IMG/VR virus record: IMGVR_UViG_2061766007_000075
Span: 1 to 64,000 of that record
DNA from: an uncultured virus (IMG/VR IMGVR_UViG_2061766007_000075)
Taxonomy: Duplodnaviria; Heunggongvirae; Uroviricota; Caudoviricetes
Direction: 5' to 3' (one strand)
Length of the DNA stretch: 64,000 nucleotides
A model generated the notes under the pieces. It had not been told where the DNA came from. It did no database searches and worked only from the letters and a program-made list of their open reading frames with translations. The position numbers and the translations under genes are program-made. Positions 9,128-18,240 of the stretch are shown in pieces; the first letter of the stretch is position 1, and each line of letters opens with the position of its first letter.

Positions 9128-9889
9128 TTAAATTACCGCATCCCATTCTTTTATCCAACGCGAAAGCGTGCCCTTGCACAACGGATGCCCATATCTTGTG
9201 CAGTAGACATCAGGCTGCTCCTCGTAGGCTTCTTGCGACCATGCGAGAATCTCATTGAAGGTCTTGCCTCGGAGGTGCATCTTCTCCGCGTCGCTGTAGA
9301 GTTTATTCGTGGACCGCCACGCAGACGCCTTCTTTGTGTGAGCGACGCCCGCAGCGGCACCAGCTATCTTACCATAGTTATGCCCTTTCTTCGCACCGAG
9401 TTTCTCGCACCAACGACCCGACTTGGAGAAGAAGCCTCCGTCCTTAGCGAGCCGAGCCTTGCGATCATCGAGCGTAGACTGTGTACGAGAACAGATTAGT
9501 TCCTTTTCAATTTGAGCAGCAAAGCCAAATGAAAACAGAATCATCTGGTCCATTGCCTTCAAGTCGGCGCAGTTGAGGTCAAGCCCCATTTTCGTCACGA
9601 TTAACCGCACCTTCCTCGGGGCAAGTTCATCATTGACAAGTTTATTCAAATCGGCCATCGAACGGCCCAATCGTGACACCTCAGAGCAAAGAAGGACGTC
9701 GCCTGCCTTCATGCGGCGGACAAGTTTATACAGATTTCTCTCCTTGTACGAGACGCCACCACTGACGCCCTCGTCTTTCTCGAAAGCGTCAATAGTGATA
9801 CCTCGAGGCTCAGCCCACTCGCGAAGGCTCTGTAATTGTTGAGTTTCGTCCTGTTTGTCGGTAGAAAATCTTATATATGCCGTAGTCAT
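9128..9889 (-). CDS. Serine recombinase (resolvase/invertase family)
   Basis: AYIRFSTDKQ with catalytic Ser, GVSG, GDVLLCSEVSRLGRS, E-helix IEKELICSRT. Confidence 0.92.
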   Translation of the reverse strand: MTTAYIRFSTDKQDETQQLQSLREWAEPRGITIDAFEKDEGVSGGVSYKERNLYKLVRRMKAGDVLLCSEVSRLGRSMADLNKLVNDELAPRKVRLIVTKMGLDLNCADLKAMDQMILFSFGFAAQIEKELICSRTQSTLDDRKARLAKDGGFFSKSGRWCEKLGAKKGHNYGKIAGAAAGVAHTKKASAWRSTNKLYSDAEKMHLRGKTFNEILAWSQEAYEEQPDVYCTRYGHPLCKGTLSRWIKEWDAVI

Positions 9890-10022
9890 AACTACCTCCT
9901 TGCGAGCATGTCATCAAGATATGCCGCCATTATAATTAAGAACAACATGGCTACCTCTTCTCATTAAAAAGTTCGGGTAAGAAGGACAGTGCGCATAATA
10001 TATAAGCAATGATAAACATGCC

Positions 10023-10346
10023 TTAATCCTCCGACATTCCAATAAAGTCCCTAATCATGGAGAAATAATTGTTTATTGTCGCCATCTGCATATTGGCATA
10101 TATGTGCGCGCTGAGATAGTCATCGTCACTGTCATCCCCTCGAAGGAAGATAGTGACTGTTATCTCGCGATCTTCAGTGTCGCCGTATTCGGCAAGAAGG
10201 TCTTCTTCTGTGTTACCCTCTTCCTCGTCGAGAGGATAAACGCGCGCGCCTATATCGAATGTGTGAATACTGTTGTCAAGTGCCCAAGACTGAATGTCTT
10301 GGAGCTCGCGGAGAATCTCCGCCATTTTCTGTCTGTTCTGTTCCAT
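10023..10346 (-). CDS. Acidic hypothetical protein
   Basis: 107-aa ORF directly after a promoter. Confidence 0.75.
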   Translation of the reverse strand: MEQNRQKMAEILRELQDIQSWALDNSIHTFDIGARVYPLDEEEGNTEEDLLAEYGDTEDREITVTIFLRGDDSDDDYLSAHIYANMQMATINNYFSMIRDFIGMSED

Positions 10347-10353
10347 CGCTTTG

Positions 10354-10385
10354 CAAATTTAGTTATTTTTATTGTGCCTTGCAAG
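10354..10385 (-). promoter_or_regulatory. Bacteroidetes sigma-A type promoter
   Basis: Minus strand CTTG-N20-TAAATTTG, 7 nt before ATG 10346. Confidence 0.65.
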
Positions 10386-10397
10386 AAATATGCCGAA

Positions 10398-10853
10398 TTA
10401 TCCGTAGATTAACTCGCCAAACATGATAATCTGCATCAAGCATTCTGCTTCGAGATTGTCCATCTCGCCCTCTCCCGCGAGGAAATGCCATGCGCATTTG
10501 CGAATCCAATCTTCATAGTCCTCGGAGTCATCATCGAACTTCCCGCTGAACGCCTTTTCAAGCCCCTTGCGAATATCTTCAAGCCCGATGAGGTATATCC
10601 CGTCATCGTCTTCGTCAACGCGACCGAGAGTGCCGTAAACTTCGCCTTCGGCATAATGGTCGATGCATTCTATCTTCTTGCCCGCGAGCAGTGCTTTCGC
10701 CCAGACATCCTCGCGACAATCACCGCACATAATATCTAACCCTTCGCGGTCGGGGGCGTAGCACTCGAGCCAAGATGAGCCGTAAGTAGCAGTGCAAAGA
10801 AGGTCTGCAAGGTCTTCTTGCGTAAGGTCTGTGATTTTAACTTCAAGTTTCAT
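10398..10853 (-). CDS. Acidic hypothetical protein
   Basis: Start reassigned to ATG 10853 (MKLEVKITDL), coupled to the upstream stop. Confidence 0.75.
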   Translation of the reverse strand: MKLEVKITDLTQEDLADLLCTATYGSSWLECYAPDREGLDIMCGDCREDVWAKALLAGKKIECIDHYAEGEVYGTLGRVDEDDDGIYLIGLEDIRKGLEKAFSGKFDDDSEDYEDWIRKCAWHFLAGEGEMDNLEAECLMQIIMFGELIYG

Positions 10854-11047
10854 ATCTCTAGCAGTTTCTGTGTGTACTCTAACATTTCTTTCTGGTTCTT
10901 GATTCCGTCGTAACGGCAGAACTCGCGGATGTTTGCCTTCGTGCCGTCCGTCTTTGCTATGTAAGCAGTGGCGTGAAAGCCTCTGCCGAAAGACCAATGC
11001 TCAAGCGCATTGACCTCGATAATCCAATCTTTGTAATGGCGTGTCAT
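10850..11047 (-). CDS. Hypothetical protein
   Basis: MTRHYKDW..., coupled ORF. Confidence 0.65.
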   Translation of the reverse strand: MTRHYKDWIIEVNALEHWSFGRGFHATAYIAKTDGTKANIREFCRYDGIKNQKEMLEYTQKLLEI

Positions 11048-11049
11048 AC

Positions 11050-11286
11050 TTAGAAAATTTTGATCCAATAAGTGTCTGTCGTGAGAAGCCCCTTAGCGTC
11101 ATAATTGAAGGTCTCCTCGAACTCTTGAAGAGTATAAGTTCCAAGGAGAGGGTCTTTATTTCCAACAACCTTCATCTGGCGTCCGACCTCTCTAATAATT
11201 GCGTCGGGAAACATCTCGGTAAGGCCCCGAATGCCGTCCCATTTCTCTGGCAGTAAATCCCATCTGCCCACATAAACATTCTTCAT
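11050..11286 (-). CDS. Hypothetical protein
   Basis: Coupled ORF. Confidence 0.7.
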   Translation of the reverse strand: MKNVYVGRWDLLPEKWDGIRGLTEMFPDAIIREVGRQMKVVGNKDPLLGTYTLQEFEETFNYDAKGLLTTDTYWIKIF

Positions 11287-11441
11287 TTCTTATAAATTTT
11301 ATCAGGTTCTTCTCCTAACAGATGTTTGCGGACAATCTGCCCGCCATCCATAAGCCATAGTTTCGCTTCATCGAGCCGAAACGAATTGAACACACATTTC
11401 CCATTGGGGTCGTATGTGTAGTAGCGATACTTGTATCTCAT
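11283..11441 (-). CDS. Small hypothetical protein (52 aa, not in the ORF track)
   Basis: MRYKYRYYTYDPNG...; 4-nt overlaps on both sides. Confidence 0.6.
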   Translation of the reverse strand: MRYKYRYYTYDPNGKCVFNSFRLDEAKLWLMDGGQIVRKHLLGEEPDKIYKK

Positions 11442-11818
11442 TTCTTTTTCTGCGATTTAACGATAGTGACTTTCTTGCCCGCGTTGACAAGGATTTTGAC
11501 TGCCGCCCAAATTTTCGCGCTCATCTGGTCTGCGAAGAAATGGAAATCATCGCAGTTGTTATAAACTCCATTTTTTACGCAGGTCTTTAAATGTTTCGTA
11601 TCAGCAAAGAATCCAATAACCTGCACCATCTTATCTCCCTTATGGCATTTCTTTCCGAATTGCTCATAATCCTCAGCAACCTTGTAGAAATACATATCCG
11701 CCCAAAGGCAATTAGCGTGGCATAACCAGTTACGAAATTTACGCTCGGGCTCGTCTGGCCATTTCTCGACTTTCGTGTAGTAACCGATGCGGTTTCTGTA
11801 AGATACATTCAGTGGCAT
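11438..11818 (-). CDS. Hypothetical protein
   Basis: 126-aa coupled ORF. Confidence 0.75.
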   Translation of the reverse strand: MPLNVSYRNRIGYYTKVEKWPDEPERKFRNWLCHANCLWADMYFYKVAEDYEQFGKKCHKGDKMVQVIGFFADTKHLKTCVKNGVYNNCDDFHFFADQMSAKIWAAVKILVNAGKKVTIVKSQKKK

Positions 11819-11820
11819 AA

Positions 11821-12096
11821 CTAAAAATCTTTAATGGTTGTGGAAATAAGAAATTCATGGGAGAGGTCTGCATCCTCGCCAAGAGAGAGAGGCTCGCTGT
11901 TCTGATTGCCGAGCGTGCACTCAGCGAGGATATCGCAGAAGTCGCGAGGGATTTCTATGCCTCGCTCTTCCTCTTCCGTTATAAGAGCGTCATCAAGGAG
12001 AACTGCGAGTCCGCATTCTGTCCCCGATACATATGTCTGAGCAAAAATCTGCCCGTCAGCGCACTTTTCGATGATTGTTCCAATGTAGTGTTTCAT
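11821..12096 (-). CDS. Acidic hypothetical protein
   Basis: Coupled ORF. Confidence 0.7.
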   Translation of the reverse strand: MKHYIGTIIEKCADGQIFAQTYVSGTECGLAVLLDDALITEEEERGIEIPRDFCDILAECTLGNQNSEPLSLGEDADLSHEFLISTTIKDF

Positions 12097-12245
12097 CTTT
12101 CAACTTTTGCTAGTTTAATGTATTCCTTCGCTTGGTTTATGTACCAAAGCACTTCGCGGTCGTAATCGTAGTCATAAACATGCTTCCCCAAGTCGCATAG
12201 TAACTGCTCAGCCTCATCAAGCATTTCTTTTGTGTCAGTTCTCAT
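12093..12245 (-). CDS. Small hypothetical protein (50 aa, not in the ORF track)
   Basis: MRTDTKEMLDEAEQ...; fills the operon gap. Confidence 0.6.
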   Translation of the reverse strand: MRTDTKEMLDEAEQLLCDLGKHVYDYDYDREVLWYINQAKEYIKLAKVER

Positions 12246-12248
12246 TCC

Positions 12249-12551
12249 CTACACCTCCACCGCAACAAGGTTGAATACATTGAAACAACGCCACCCCGTC
12301 ACCGTCAAATCCCAATACTTGACGAGCGTCGGCACATCGGGCTTGGCCTCGCCGACAGGCTCCCACAAACTGCCATCCTCTTGCACCATCTTCTCTCTCA
12401 CGAGCGTGCCCACCGCCTCTCGTATCGTCCCATCTTTCTTCTTGAACTGAAACCTCACTGCGGTTTCCATCATCTTGCTCTCAAGGAGCATAATCTCGTC
12501 GGCCTTCATCTCATTAAGACCGAGCGTAACCAACTGTTCTTTCGTTTTCAT
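12249..12551 (-). CDS. WYL_2/DUF2693-like SH3 beta-barrel protein
   Basis: FQFKKKDGTIREAVGTL...YWDL...WRCF signature. Confidence 0.8.
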   Translation of the reverse strand: MKTKEQLVTLGLNEMKADEIMLLESKMMETAVRFQFKKKDGTIREAVGTLVREKMVQEDGSLWEPVGEAKPDVPTLVKYWDLTVTGWRCFNVFNLVAVEV

Positions 12552-12571
12552 TGCTTTGTTTTTTAATAACT

Positions 12572-12877
12572 TTATATTTCCTCGCAGTCACCATCGACCG
12601 CATTTGCCGCGCAATCAAATACGAGCCACGACAGCTTGCGCGTTCTGTCGGCAGACCTGTGTTCCAACTCCGTGTCATCGCAGAAGAACTCATCCCACCA
12701 TGCGTTGAGTTCATCTTCTGAGATAGCGTCAAGTTGGCTCTTGATCTCGGGCAGTTCCATCGCCCTTGCAATGTCCTCATCGCAGTCACCGCTATGGCAA
12801 CAGCATCGGATAATATCCTCCACCATCTCCAAGTAAATCACATGCGACGAACCACTGCTTACAAGATAGTTTTTCAT
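12572..12877 (-). CDS. Acidic, Cys-containing hypothetical protein
   Basis: CCCHSGDCDED motif; D/E-rich. Confidence 0.7.
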   Translation of the reverse strand: MKNYLVSSGSSHVIYLEMVEDIIRCCCHSGDCDEDIARAMELPEIKSQLDAISEDELNAWWDEFFCDDTELEHRSADRTRKLSWLVFDCAANAVDGDCEEI

Positions 12878-13104
12878 TCCTCAAACATTTTAAGTTGCTC
12901 TTCTAATTCCGCAATCCTCTTACGGATGTTCTCGGGCGTGTCATACACTCGCCATCCCCTTACCGCACCTCCGCGAAGGACGGCAATCTGTACTTGCTGA
13001 TAAGTGGCGCCAAGGGTGCGCGCCGCATCATTGTGCGACGCAAACACCTTCGATTCGCCCGTTGCGGTGTTGACCGCGAAAATCTTCTTCTCTGAATTTG
13101 CCAT
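12874..13104 (-). CDS. NUMOD1-like HTH DNA-binding protein
   Basis: TGESKVFASHNDAARTLG...GWRV pattern. Confidence 0.65.
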   Translation of the reverse strand: MANSEKKIFAVNTATGESKVFASHNDAARTLGATYQQVQIAVLRGGAVRGWRVYDTPENIRKRIAELEEQLKMFEE

Positions 13105-13105
13105 G

Positions 13106-13252
13106 TTACTTCCTCTTTACAAACTTGTCGATGTACTGCTTCCACTGACCTGCAGTGTCGAATCTGAGCCATTGGTCTTCGATAAGGCTCTTCCACTGAC
13201 GACCGCTTTCCACAAGAAAGAAGCCCTCGTACGTAAGAATGATATCGCTCAT
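13106..13252 (-). CDS. Small hypothetical protein (48 aa, not in the ORF track)
   Basis: MSDIILTYEGFF...; fills the operon gap. Confidence 0.55.
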   Translation of the reverse strand: MSDIILTYEGFFLVESGRQWKSLIEDQWLRFDTAGQWKQYIDKFVKRK

Positions 13253-13524
13253 GCCTCAATCACATTTTCTATCTCGGATATCTGGTCCTCGATGCTGGTC
13301 GCAATGTCGTCTAACTCGTCTGTGATGCCTTCGAGCGTGTCGGCATTATACTGCATCTGCTCACCGCGCTCACTCTCTTGCACCCCCTCGGGCAAGTTGT
13401 CATAACAATCTTGCTCTTCCTCATAGCATGAGTCCACCATGTCGCGGGCCTCAAAGATAATACCCTGCGCATCGACCAACATTTCAATCGCTTTTTTCAG
13501 CTCATTTCGTCTTTCTCTGTTCAT
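13249..13524 (-). CDS. Acidic helical-hairpin hypothetical protein
   Basis: MNRERRNEL...EEEQDCYDNLPEGVQESERGE; start reassigned to 13524. Confidence 0.75.
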   Translation of the reverse strand: MNRERRNELKKAIEMLVDAQGIIFEARDMVDSCYEEEQDCYDNLPEGVQESERGEQMQYNADTLEGITDELDDIATSIEDQISEIENVIEA

Positions 13525-13678
13525 AAACATCATTATATACGGTGCATAAAAACCAAGCGACAAGGACGAGCACCACCGCACCTATACCGCCTTTCCATAC
13601 CTCCCATTTAAAGGCGACCACGGCAATCGGTATGAGAATCACCGCGTAGCCTATCCATTTTTTCATAATATGCAAATA

Positions 13679-13897
13679 CTATGCCGAGAAATCCCCTTCG
13701 ACGAAATTGACAAACTCGTACTCTCTGAAAACAACATCGTCGGGGACAATCTCGTCTGCGTTGGCAATGTCGCCCCAAGACGGATGGTCGTAGTCAACAC
13801 CGAATATCTCGGCAAACATACCCTCTTCCGCCATCCGACACATATAATCGCCCTTCAGCTCAGTCAACTGAGCGCGCGATAACTCTCTTACGTCCAT
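13679..13897 (-). CDS. Acidic hypothetical protein
   Basis: MDVRELSRAQLTELK..., operon ORF. Confidence 0.7.
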   Translation of the reverse strand: MDVRELSRAQLTELKGDYMCRMAEEGMFAEIFGVDYDHPSWGDIANADEIVPDDVVFREYEFVNFVEGDFSA

Positions 13898-13899
13898 AA

Positions 13900-14190
13900 T
13901 CAGTCCTCCTTCCTATCTTCATCTATCTGCCAAGCGACCTCGCGGAGAATGCCGATGCACTCATCCACAACCCTCTCCGAAAGATTGTCAATAGTAATGT
14001 ACGATTCGGGTCCGTCATCACCGAACAATCTCACAATAATAGCGGGCACTTCAAGGCTGATTTCCACAACCGTCAAGTTGTCGCCAATATTAAACCTCTG
14101 GAGATTGTTGAGTTCCACAAATTTGACCTCGCGGTCGCGATAAGCGCCAATCACAAGCAACTGCGCTTCTCTGAATGTCATCTTTTCCAT
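13900..14190 (-). CDS. Hypothetical protein
   Basis: Operon ORF. Confidence 0.7.
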   Translation of the reverse strand: MEKMTFREAQLLVIGAYRDREVKFVELNNLQRFNIGDNLTVVEISLEVPAIIVRLFGDDGPESYITIDNLSERVVDECIGILREVAWQIDEDRKED

Positions 14191-14194
14191 AATC

Positions 14195-14653
14195 TTACCT
14201 ATTTAAATATGCCTCAACCGCCTCTTCCCTTGTCTTGTAATACTCACCACGCTCGAGGTAGTACGCGCACCCCCCTACGTTGGTGTGGTACTCCCACTCA
14301 CCGAGCCTCCACCTAACCGACTCGACGCGGAGCTGACAGATGCCATTATCTCCACGGATAGCGTACACTACATCATCTATGTCGAACTTCGATTCGTGCG
14401 TCGCAACTGTCGGCAGCTCCTCGCGGACGCCATAAAGAAGATATCTCTTGGCCGCGTCGACCGACGAGAATACCCTATTGGCGTCTACCTCGGCATAAGT
14501 CTTAGCAGTGCCGTACTTGTCATGATAATTGACCAACTTGTCGATGTCATACGAGTTGGGCGTGTTCAGACGGACATACTCGCCTTTGAGCAGTCCGTTC
14601 TGCGAAAGGACAAAAACCTCTTGCCCTTTCTTGAATTTTTCAAAAACTTTCAT
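14195..14653 (-). CDS. Hypothetical protein with two tandem SH3/KOW-like repeats
   Basis: KFKKGQEVFVL...VFSSVDAAKRYL and KFDIDDVVYAI...YYKTREEAVEAYL; start reassigned to 14653. Confidence 0.7.
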   Translation of the reverse strand: MKVFEKFKKGQEVFVLSQNGLLKGEYVRLNTPNSYDIDKLVNYHDKYGTAKTYAEVDANRVFSSVDAAKRYLLYGVREELPTVATHESKFDIDDVVYAIRGDNGICQLRVESVRWRLGEWEYHTNVGGCAYYLERGEYYKTREEAVEAYLNR

Positions 14654-14687
14654 AATAAGTGTATTCAAAAAGTTAAATGTCCCATAA

Positions 14688-15185
14688 CTAAAACAAATAT
14701 TTTCCAAACTTAAATGTGTGCCAATGATTCCCGACGCAGATATCCTCGCCCTCGAGCATCTTCTCAGCACCCCTTGCGGTCAGGGGACGAATCTCGAAGT
14801 AGTTGGTCTCGTCATGATGCATCGCGCTCACATGAACCACTCCGTTCTCTAATGTAACCTCAATGTCATCGCAGCTGCCCCAACACTTCTTGATTGCCTC
14901 GCCCAACGAATCGCACATCTCATTCTCAATGACAGGCTCTCCCCACCACAATCCGAGCCGACCACTTATGACGCATGGCGTCTTGTCCCACTCGGTGTAA
15001 CGAAGATTGACGAAGAAATCATCGACATCGCCCCATACTCGCATATGAATCCAACTCCAATAATTGTTGCTATCCTCTTCGGCTGGTTCGATGCCGTTAT
15101 CCTCGCAGTCCTCTACATAATCCTTGTAAGAGTACCCGCCCTCGCAATATGTGTCGAGGTAGGTGATAGGTTTGTACTTTTTCAT
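14688..15185 (-). CDS. Acidic hypothetical protein
   Basis: GRLGLWWG and AMHHDETNYF motifs. Confidence 0.75.
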   Translation of the reverse strand: MKKYKPITYLDTYCEGGYSYKDYVEDCEDNGIEPAEEDSNNYWSWIHMRVWGDVDDFFVNLRYTEWDKTPCVISGRLGLWWGEPVIENEMCDSLGEAIKKCWGSCDDIEVTLENGVVHVSAMHHDETNYFEIRPLTARGAEKMLEGEDICVGNHWHTFKFGKYLF

Positions 15186-15436
15186 TCCTCAATAATTCTT
15201 TTGCAGTTCTCAATAAACTTTCTGACCTTGTCGGATGTTGGTCTTTCCTTCAATTCGAGTTCATCAATTGGCTCACTCCCATTCCAATAATTTGAGTAGA
15301 AATAGCCAATAAGATACTTGCATCCCTCGCCATCGCGGATGAGGTCATCATAGGAACGGAATCTCTGTCCAAAGTAGTCCTCATAGACAAACCAAATCAC
15401 TCCGTTCTTCGTCTTGGTTCTCGCTTTCATAATCAA
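15182..15436 (-). CDS. Hypothetical protein
   Basis: Coupled ORF. Confidence 0.7.
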   Translation of the reverse strand: MIMKARTKTKNGVIWFVYEDYFGQRFRSYDDLIRDGEGCKYLIGYFYSNYWNGSEPIDELELKERPTSDKVRKFIENCKRIIEE

Positions 15437-15478
15437 GTCCTTCTAAAACTCGTGTTATTCCTAATCTCGTAAGCCAAT

Positions 15479-15703
15479 TCATATCTCCGTCATCACTATA
15501 TCTTCAACATCAATCCCTTCAATGAAGTCCACCGCATATCCGTTCTCGTCCGCCCACTCACTCGCGGCATCCTCAATCTCGTTACGGAAGCCGTAGTCAA
15601 TCGGCATCCTACGCCCGATGTGACGCAAGGCAAGTTCGACCTTCACGTCCCAATCTTCAATGTGCTCAGCGCAATACTGCGCCACTTGTTTCAATGGTTC
15701 CAT
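15479..15703 (-). CDS. Acidic hypothetical protein
   Basis: Start reassigned to MEPLKQVAQY. Confidence 0.65.
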   Translation of the reverse strand: MEPLKQVAQYCAEHIEDWDVKVELALRHIGRRMPIDYGFRNEIEDAASEWADENGYAVDFIEGIDVEDIVMTEI

Positions 15704-15908
15704 AAATCTTATTAACAATGTGTTCAACATCAAAGCATGCGTTCTCGACATACCACCCAACGGGGATCAGCGCAATATCCTCCGCGACCACGACCTCGTC
15801 AAGTTCGGGGCTTACTGCGAGGTAAGCAGGTTGCCAGTCCTCGTCGTCTCCGTAAAACTCCGACTGAGACTTGGCAACCATCTCCCTCAACTCCTTAATT
15901 GTTGTCAT
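15666..15908 (-). CDS. Acidic hypothetical protein
   Basis: Start reassigned to MTTIKELREM. Confidence 0.65.
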   Translation of the reverse strand: MTTIKELREMVAKSQSEFYGDDEDWQPAYLAVSPELDEVVVAEDIALIPVGWYVENACFDVEHIVNKIYGTIETSGAVLR

Positions 15909-16332
15909 AGTACACCTCCACTTTCTTCGCGTCACTCAGATTGTCCCACCAATCGTCAATGGCGTCACCCTCTTCCAACTGCGCGTCCTCATCGTCAGGG
16001 TCCGCTCCGCTAATGCCGCTAATCTCGGACTTCTCGTCATATCCAAGGTCATCCCACCACTGCTCCGCCTCTTCCAAATCTCTCTCGCTCCAACCCTCCT
16101 CGTACGCCTCCCAATCACGATAACCGAGCTCCTCGGCAATCCAATCTCTCTCAAACCAAAGAATGTCGTTGATTGCCGTGTCGGTCGGTACATCCTCACT
16201 GCAACCGAAATAGTCCACCAATATCCTCTCGACATCGTCGCAATCGCCTTTCTCCTTGATGACGTCGAGCGTGACACGTCCGCCCGACCATGCCTCGAAC
16301 TGCTCGAGGCTGCTTTCTACTTTGTATTCCAT
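15895..16332 (-). CDS. Extremely acidic protein (DNA-mimic candidate)
   Basis: About one third D/E; FEAWSGG and INDILWF motifs; internal WWDxL repeat. Confidence 0.75.
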   Translation of the reverse strand: MEYKVESSLEQFEAWSGGRVTLDVIKEKGDCDDVERILVDYFGCSEDVPTDTAINDILWFERDWIAEELGYRDWEAYEEGWSERDLEEAEQWWDDLGYDEKSEISGISGADPDDEDAQLEEGDAIDDWWDNLSDAKKVEVYYDNN

Positions 16333-16334
16333 AA

Positions 16335-16757
16335 CTAAAAAACTTTATCGTCCTTGAATTCCATATCCCCAACGCAATCCACAATCTGTCGAATCAAATC
16401 CTCAGTGAGTTCGACCTCGTCATTCCACTGGTCATCCAATCCCAACTCGCTTATCGCGCGGTCAATCATCGTCCGCACTCCCTCAATGACCATACAGACC
16501 ATGTACGCCTCAGGGTTCGCAAACGGGTTCTGAACCTCGCCAAAGTTATCTCTCGCGTAATCGTAGTAGTCCGCTGCGTCCCACATCCATTCTTTCAGAT
16601 ACTCCATGGCCTCCGCCGTCGAATAAGTCAGCGTTCCGTCGCAATTCGGGCCTTCGGTAATCGTGAAGCCCAAGTCGTACAGATACACATTCTGTCCCTC
16701 GTAATCTCCGAGGTGGTCTGCAATGTAACTCTTGCAGTAGTCAATAAATGTTTCCAT
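16335..16757 (-). CDS. Acidic helical protein (Ocr-like candidate)
   Basis: D/E-rich 140-aa ORF in the early arm. Confidence 0.7.
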   Translation of the reverse strand: METFIDYCKSYIADHLGDYEGQNVYLYDLGFTITEGPNCDGTLTYSTAEAMEYLKEWMWDAADYYDYARDNFGEVQNPFANPEAYMVCMVIEGVRTMIDRAISELGLDDQWNDEVELTEDLIRQIVDCVGDMEFKDDKVF

Positions 16758-16759
16758 AG

Positions 16760-17059
16760 TTAATCAATTTTATAAAGCCACACTTCTCTGTCATCTTCTT
16801 CGTACTGCTCCGCGTTGTTCCGCACAAGCACAACGTCGCACGGGTTCTCCGCGTCAAACGGATAGAACCGATTCGCGTCGCACTGCCACAACACAAGGTA
16901 AATGCCCTCGGTTATGTCACCTCGCTTAAGGCGGAAATCCACAAAGTAAGACTCGACCCACACCTTCGGAGCATTAAACCCCGAATAGGTCGCTAAATCC
17001 GCACACTCGGCCAATGCACTATCGTACACCATTGCCCTGATAATCTCAATCGCTTTCAT
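16760..17059 (-). CDS. Hypothetical protein
   Basis: Operon ORF. Confidence 0.7.
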   Translation of the reverse strand: MKAIEIIRAMVYDSALAECADLATYSGFNAPKVWVESYFVDFRLKRGDITEGIYLVLWQCDANRFYPFDAENPCDVVLVRNNAEQYEEDDREVWLYKID

Positions 17060-17181
17060 GTTATTTCATTCTTTGAATTTTGACATCATCGTATCCGTCA
17101 TCTCTGTACTCCCAAGCCAAGTCCTCGGCTTCGCGGAGAGTAAGGTATTCGTCATTTACCTCCATGCCGCCTACCCATACA

Positions 17182-17505
17182 CTATATGCTTTCATCTTTC
17201 TTGAATCTTAATCCGTTCATATCGATTACAATCTTATTGCCCAACGGCTTCTTTGTTCCGTTCAGCCACTGATAATAGACGTGGTCATAACTGCACCCCA
17301 TAAGTGCCGCCAACTCGTCAAACACCCTCTCCCTTACAACACTATCGTCCGCACCTAACAAGGCGTAGATATTTCCCCCGACTTGAAGGCATTCGAACAC
17401 ATCTTGGAAAGTGATGGCGCGGTTCATATTCTCCACGCCCCAATCATCGTGCGGAAACCTATCGGCATACCACACGCATAATTTCGTCTGTCCGTTCGTT
17501 TCCAT
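17182..17505 (-). CDS. Hypothetical protein
   Basis: METNGQ...DDSVVRERVFDELA...VYYQW. Confidence 0.7.
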   Translation of the reverse strand: METNGQTKLCVWYADRFPHDDWGVENMNRAITFQDVFECLQVGGNIYALLGADDSVVRERVFDELAALMGCSYDHVYYQWLNGTKKPLGNKIVIDMNGLRFKKDESI

Positions 17506-17506
17506 A

Positions 17507-17815
17507 CTATACAAAACTCACTGCGGACTCCGTTTCGCTCAGCATGACGGATTCCTGATTGAACACTTCCTTTAACGCCTCAATCATGCTCGTCACTTTC
17601 GGTCGCTCCGCCCCCGCTATCTCAATCCTCAACGACACCTCCACAACGGGCGTCCCGTCCTCGTGCGTATAAACGCCATACGCTTGGCTAATCGTGCCGT
17701 AGCCAATCCGACTAAGCACCAAGTTATTCGCAATCTTGTACGCCTCAATCGTGTCGTACTTTTGCGTCTTGCTGTCTTTGTCATTCAGACCTAACAGAAT
17801 CGTGTAAGTTTTCAT
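17507..17815 (-). CDS. DUF3574-like / SAM lyase-like protein
   Basis: GLNDKD, GVYTHEDG...E and FNQESVML motifs. Confidence 0.6.
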   Translation of the reverse strand: MKTYTILLGLNDKDSKTQKYDTIEAYKIANNLVLSRIGYGTISQAYGVYTHEDGTPVVEVSLRIEIAGAERPKVTSMIEALKEVFNQESVMLSETESAVSFV

Positions 17816-17830
17816 TTCTCGTTTCCATTT

Positions 17831-18022
17831 TTATTGTTCCACTTCTTCTGCCTCTTCCTCTCCCTCCTCGGCCAAGTCGCTCTCGAATACCTCGCGAGCC
17901 GACTCTATCTCCTCAGTCGTTATCTCTACGCTCACCCCAACCATGGCGGCATAATCGAGCACCGCCAATTCGGTCGCGACCACTCCCAGCAGCCCGACCA
18001 CCGCTAACCTATAACCCTTCAT
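17831..18022 (-). CDS. Small acidic hypothetical protein
   Basis: Operon ORF with Glu-rich tail. Confidence 0.6.
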   Translation of the reverse strand: MKGYRLAVVGLLGVVATELAVLDYAAMVGVSVEITTEEIESAREVFESDLAEEGEEEAEEVEQ

Positions 18023-18024
18023 CG

Positions 18025-18186
18025 CTAATTCAGTCTAACATCCCACTCCGCCATGCTCGCAGGGCACTCGTCCCAGGGCATCACATCATATCGCTGGCAT
18101 AACCACATGAACTTGATTCGTCCATAACCCTCTCCGAGTTTGGACACGAGCCTATCGTAGACCCGTCGCATAGATGTACTTCTCAT
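18025..18186 (-). CDS. Small hypothetical protein
   Basis: Start reassigned to MRSTSMRR after an A-rich leader. Confidence 0.55.
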   Translation of the reverse strand: MRSTSMRRVYDRLVSKLGEGYGRIKFMWLCQRYDVMPWDECPASMAEWDVRLN

Positions 18187-18240
18187 CGCTTTGGTTGTTT
18201 TATTGTTGTCCGTTCGCCTCAATCAACCTGAATTTTTGTC

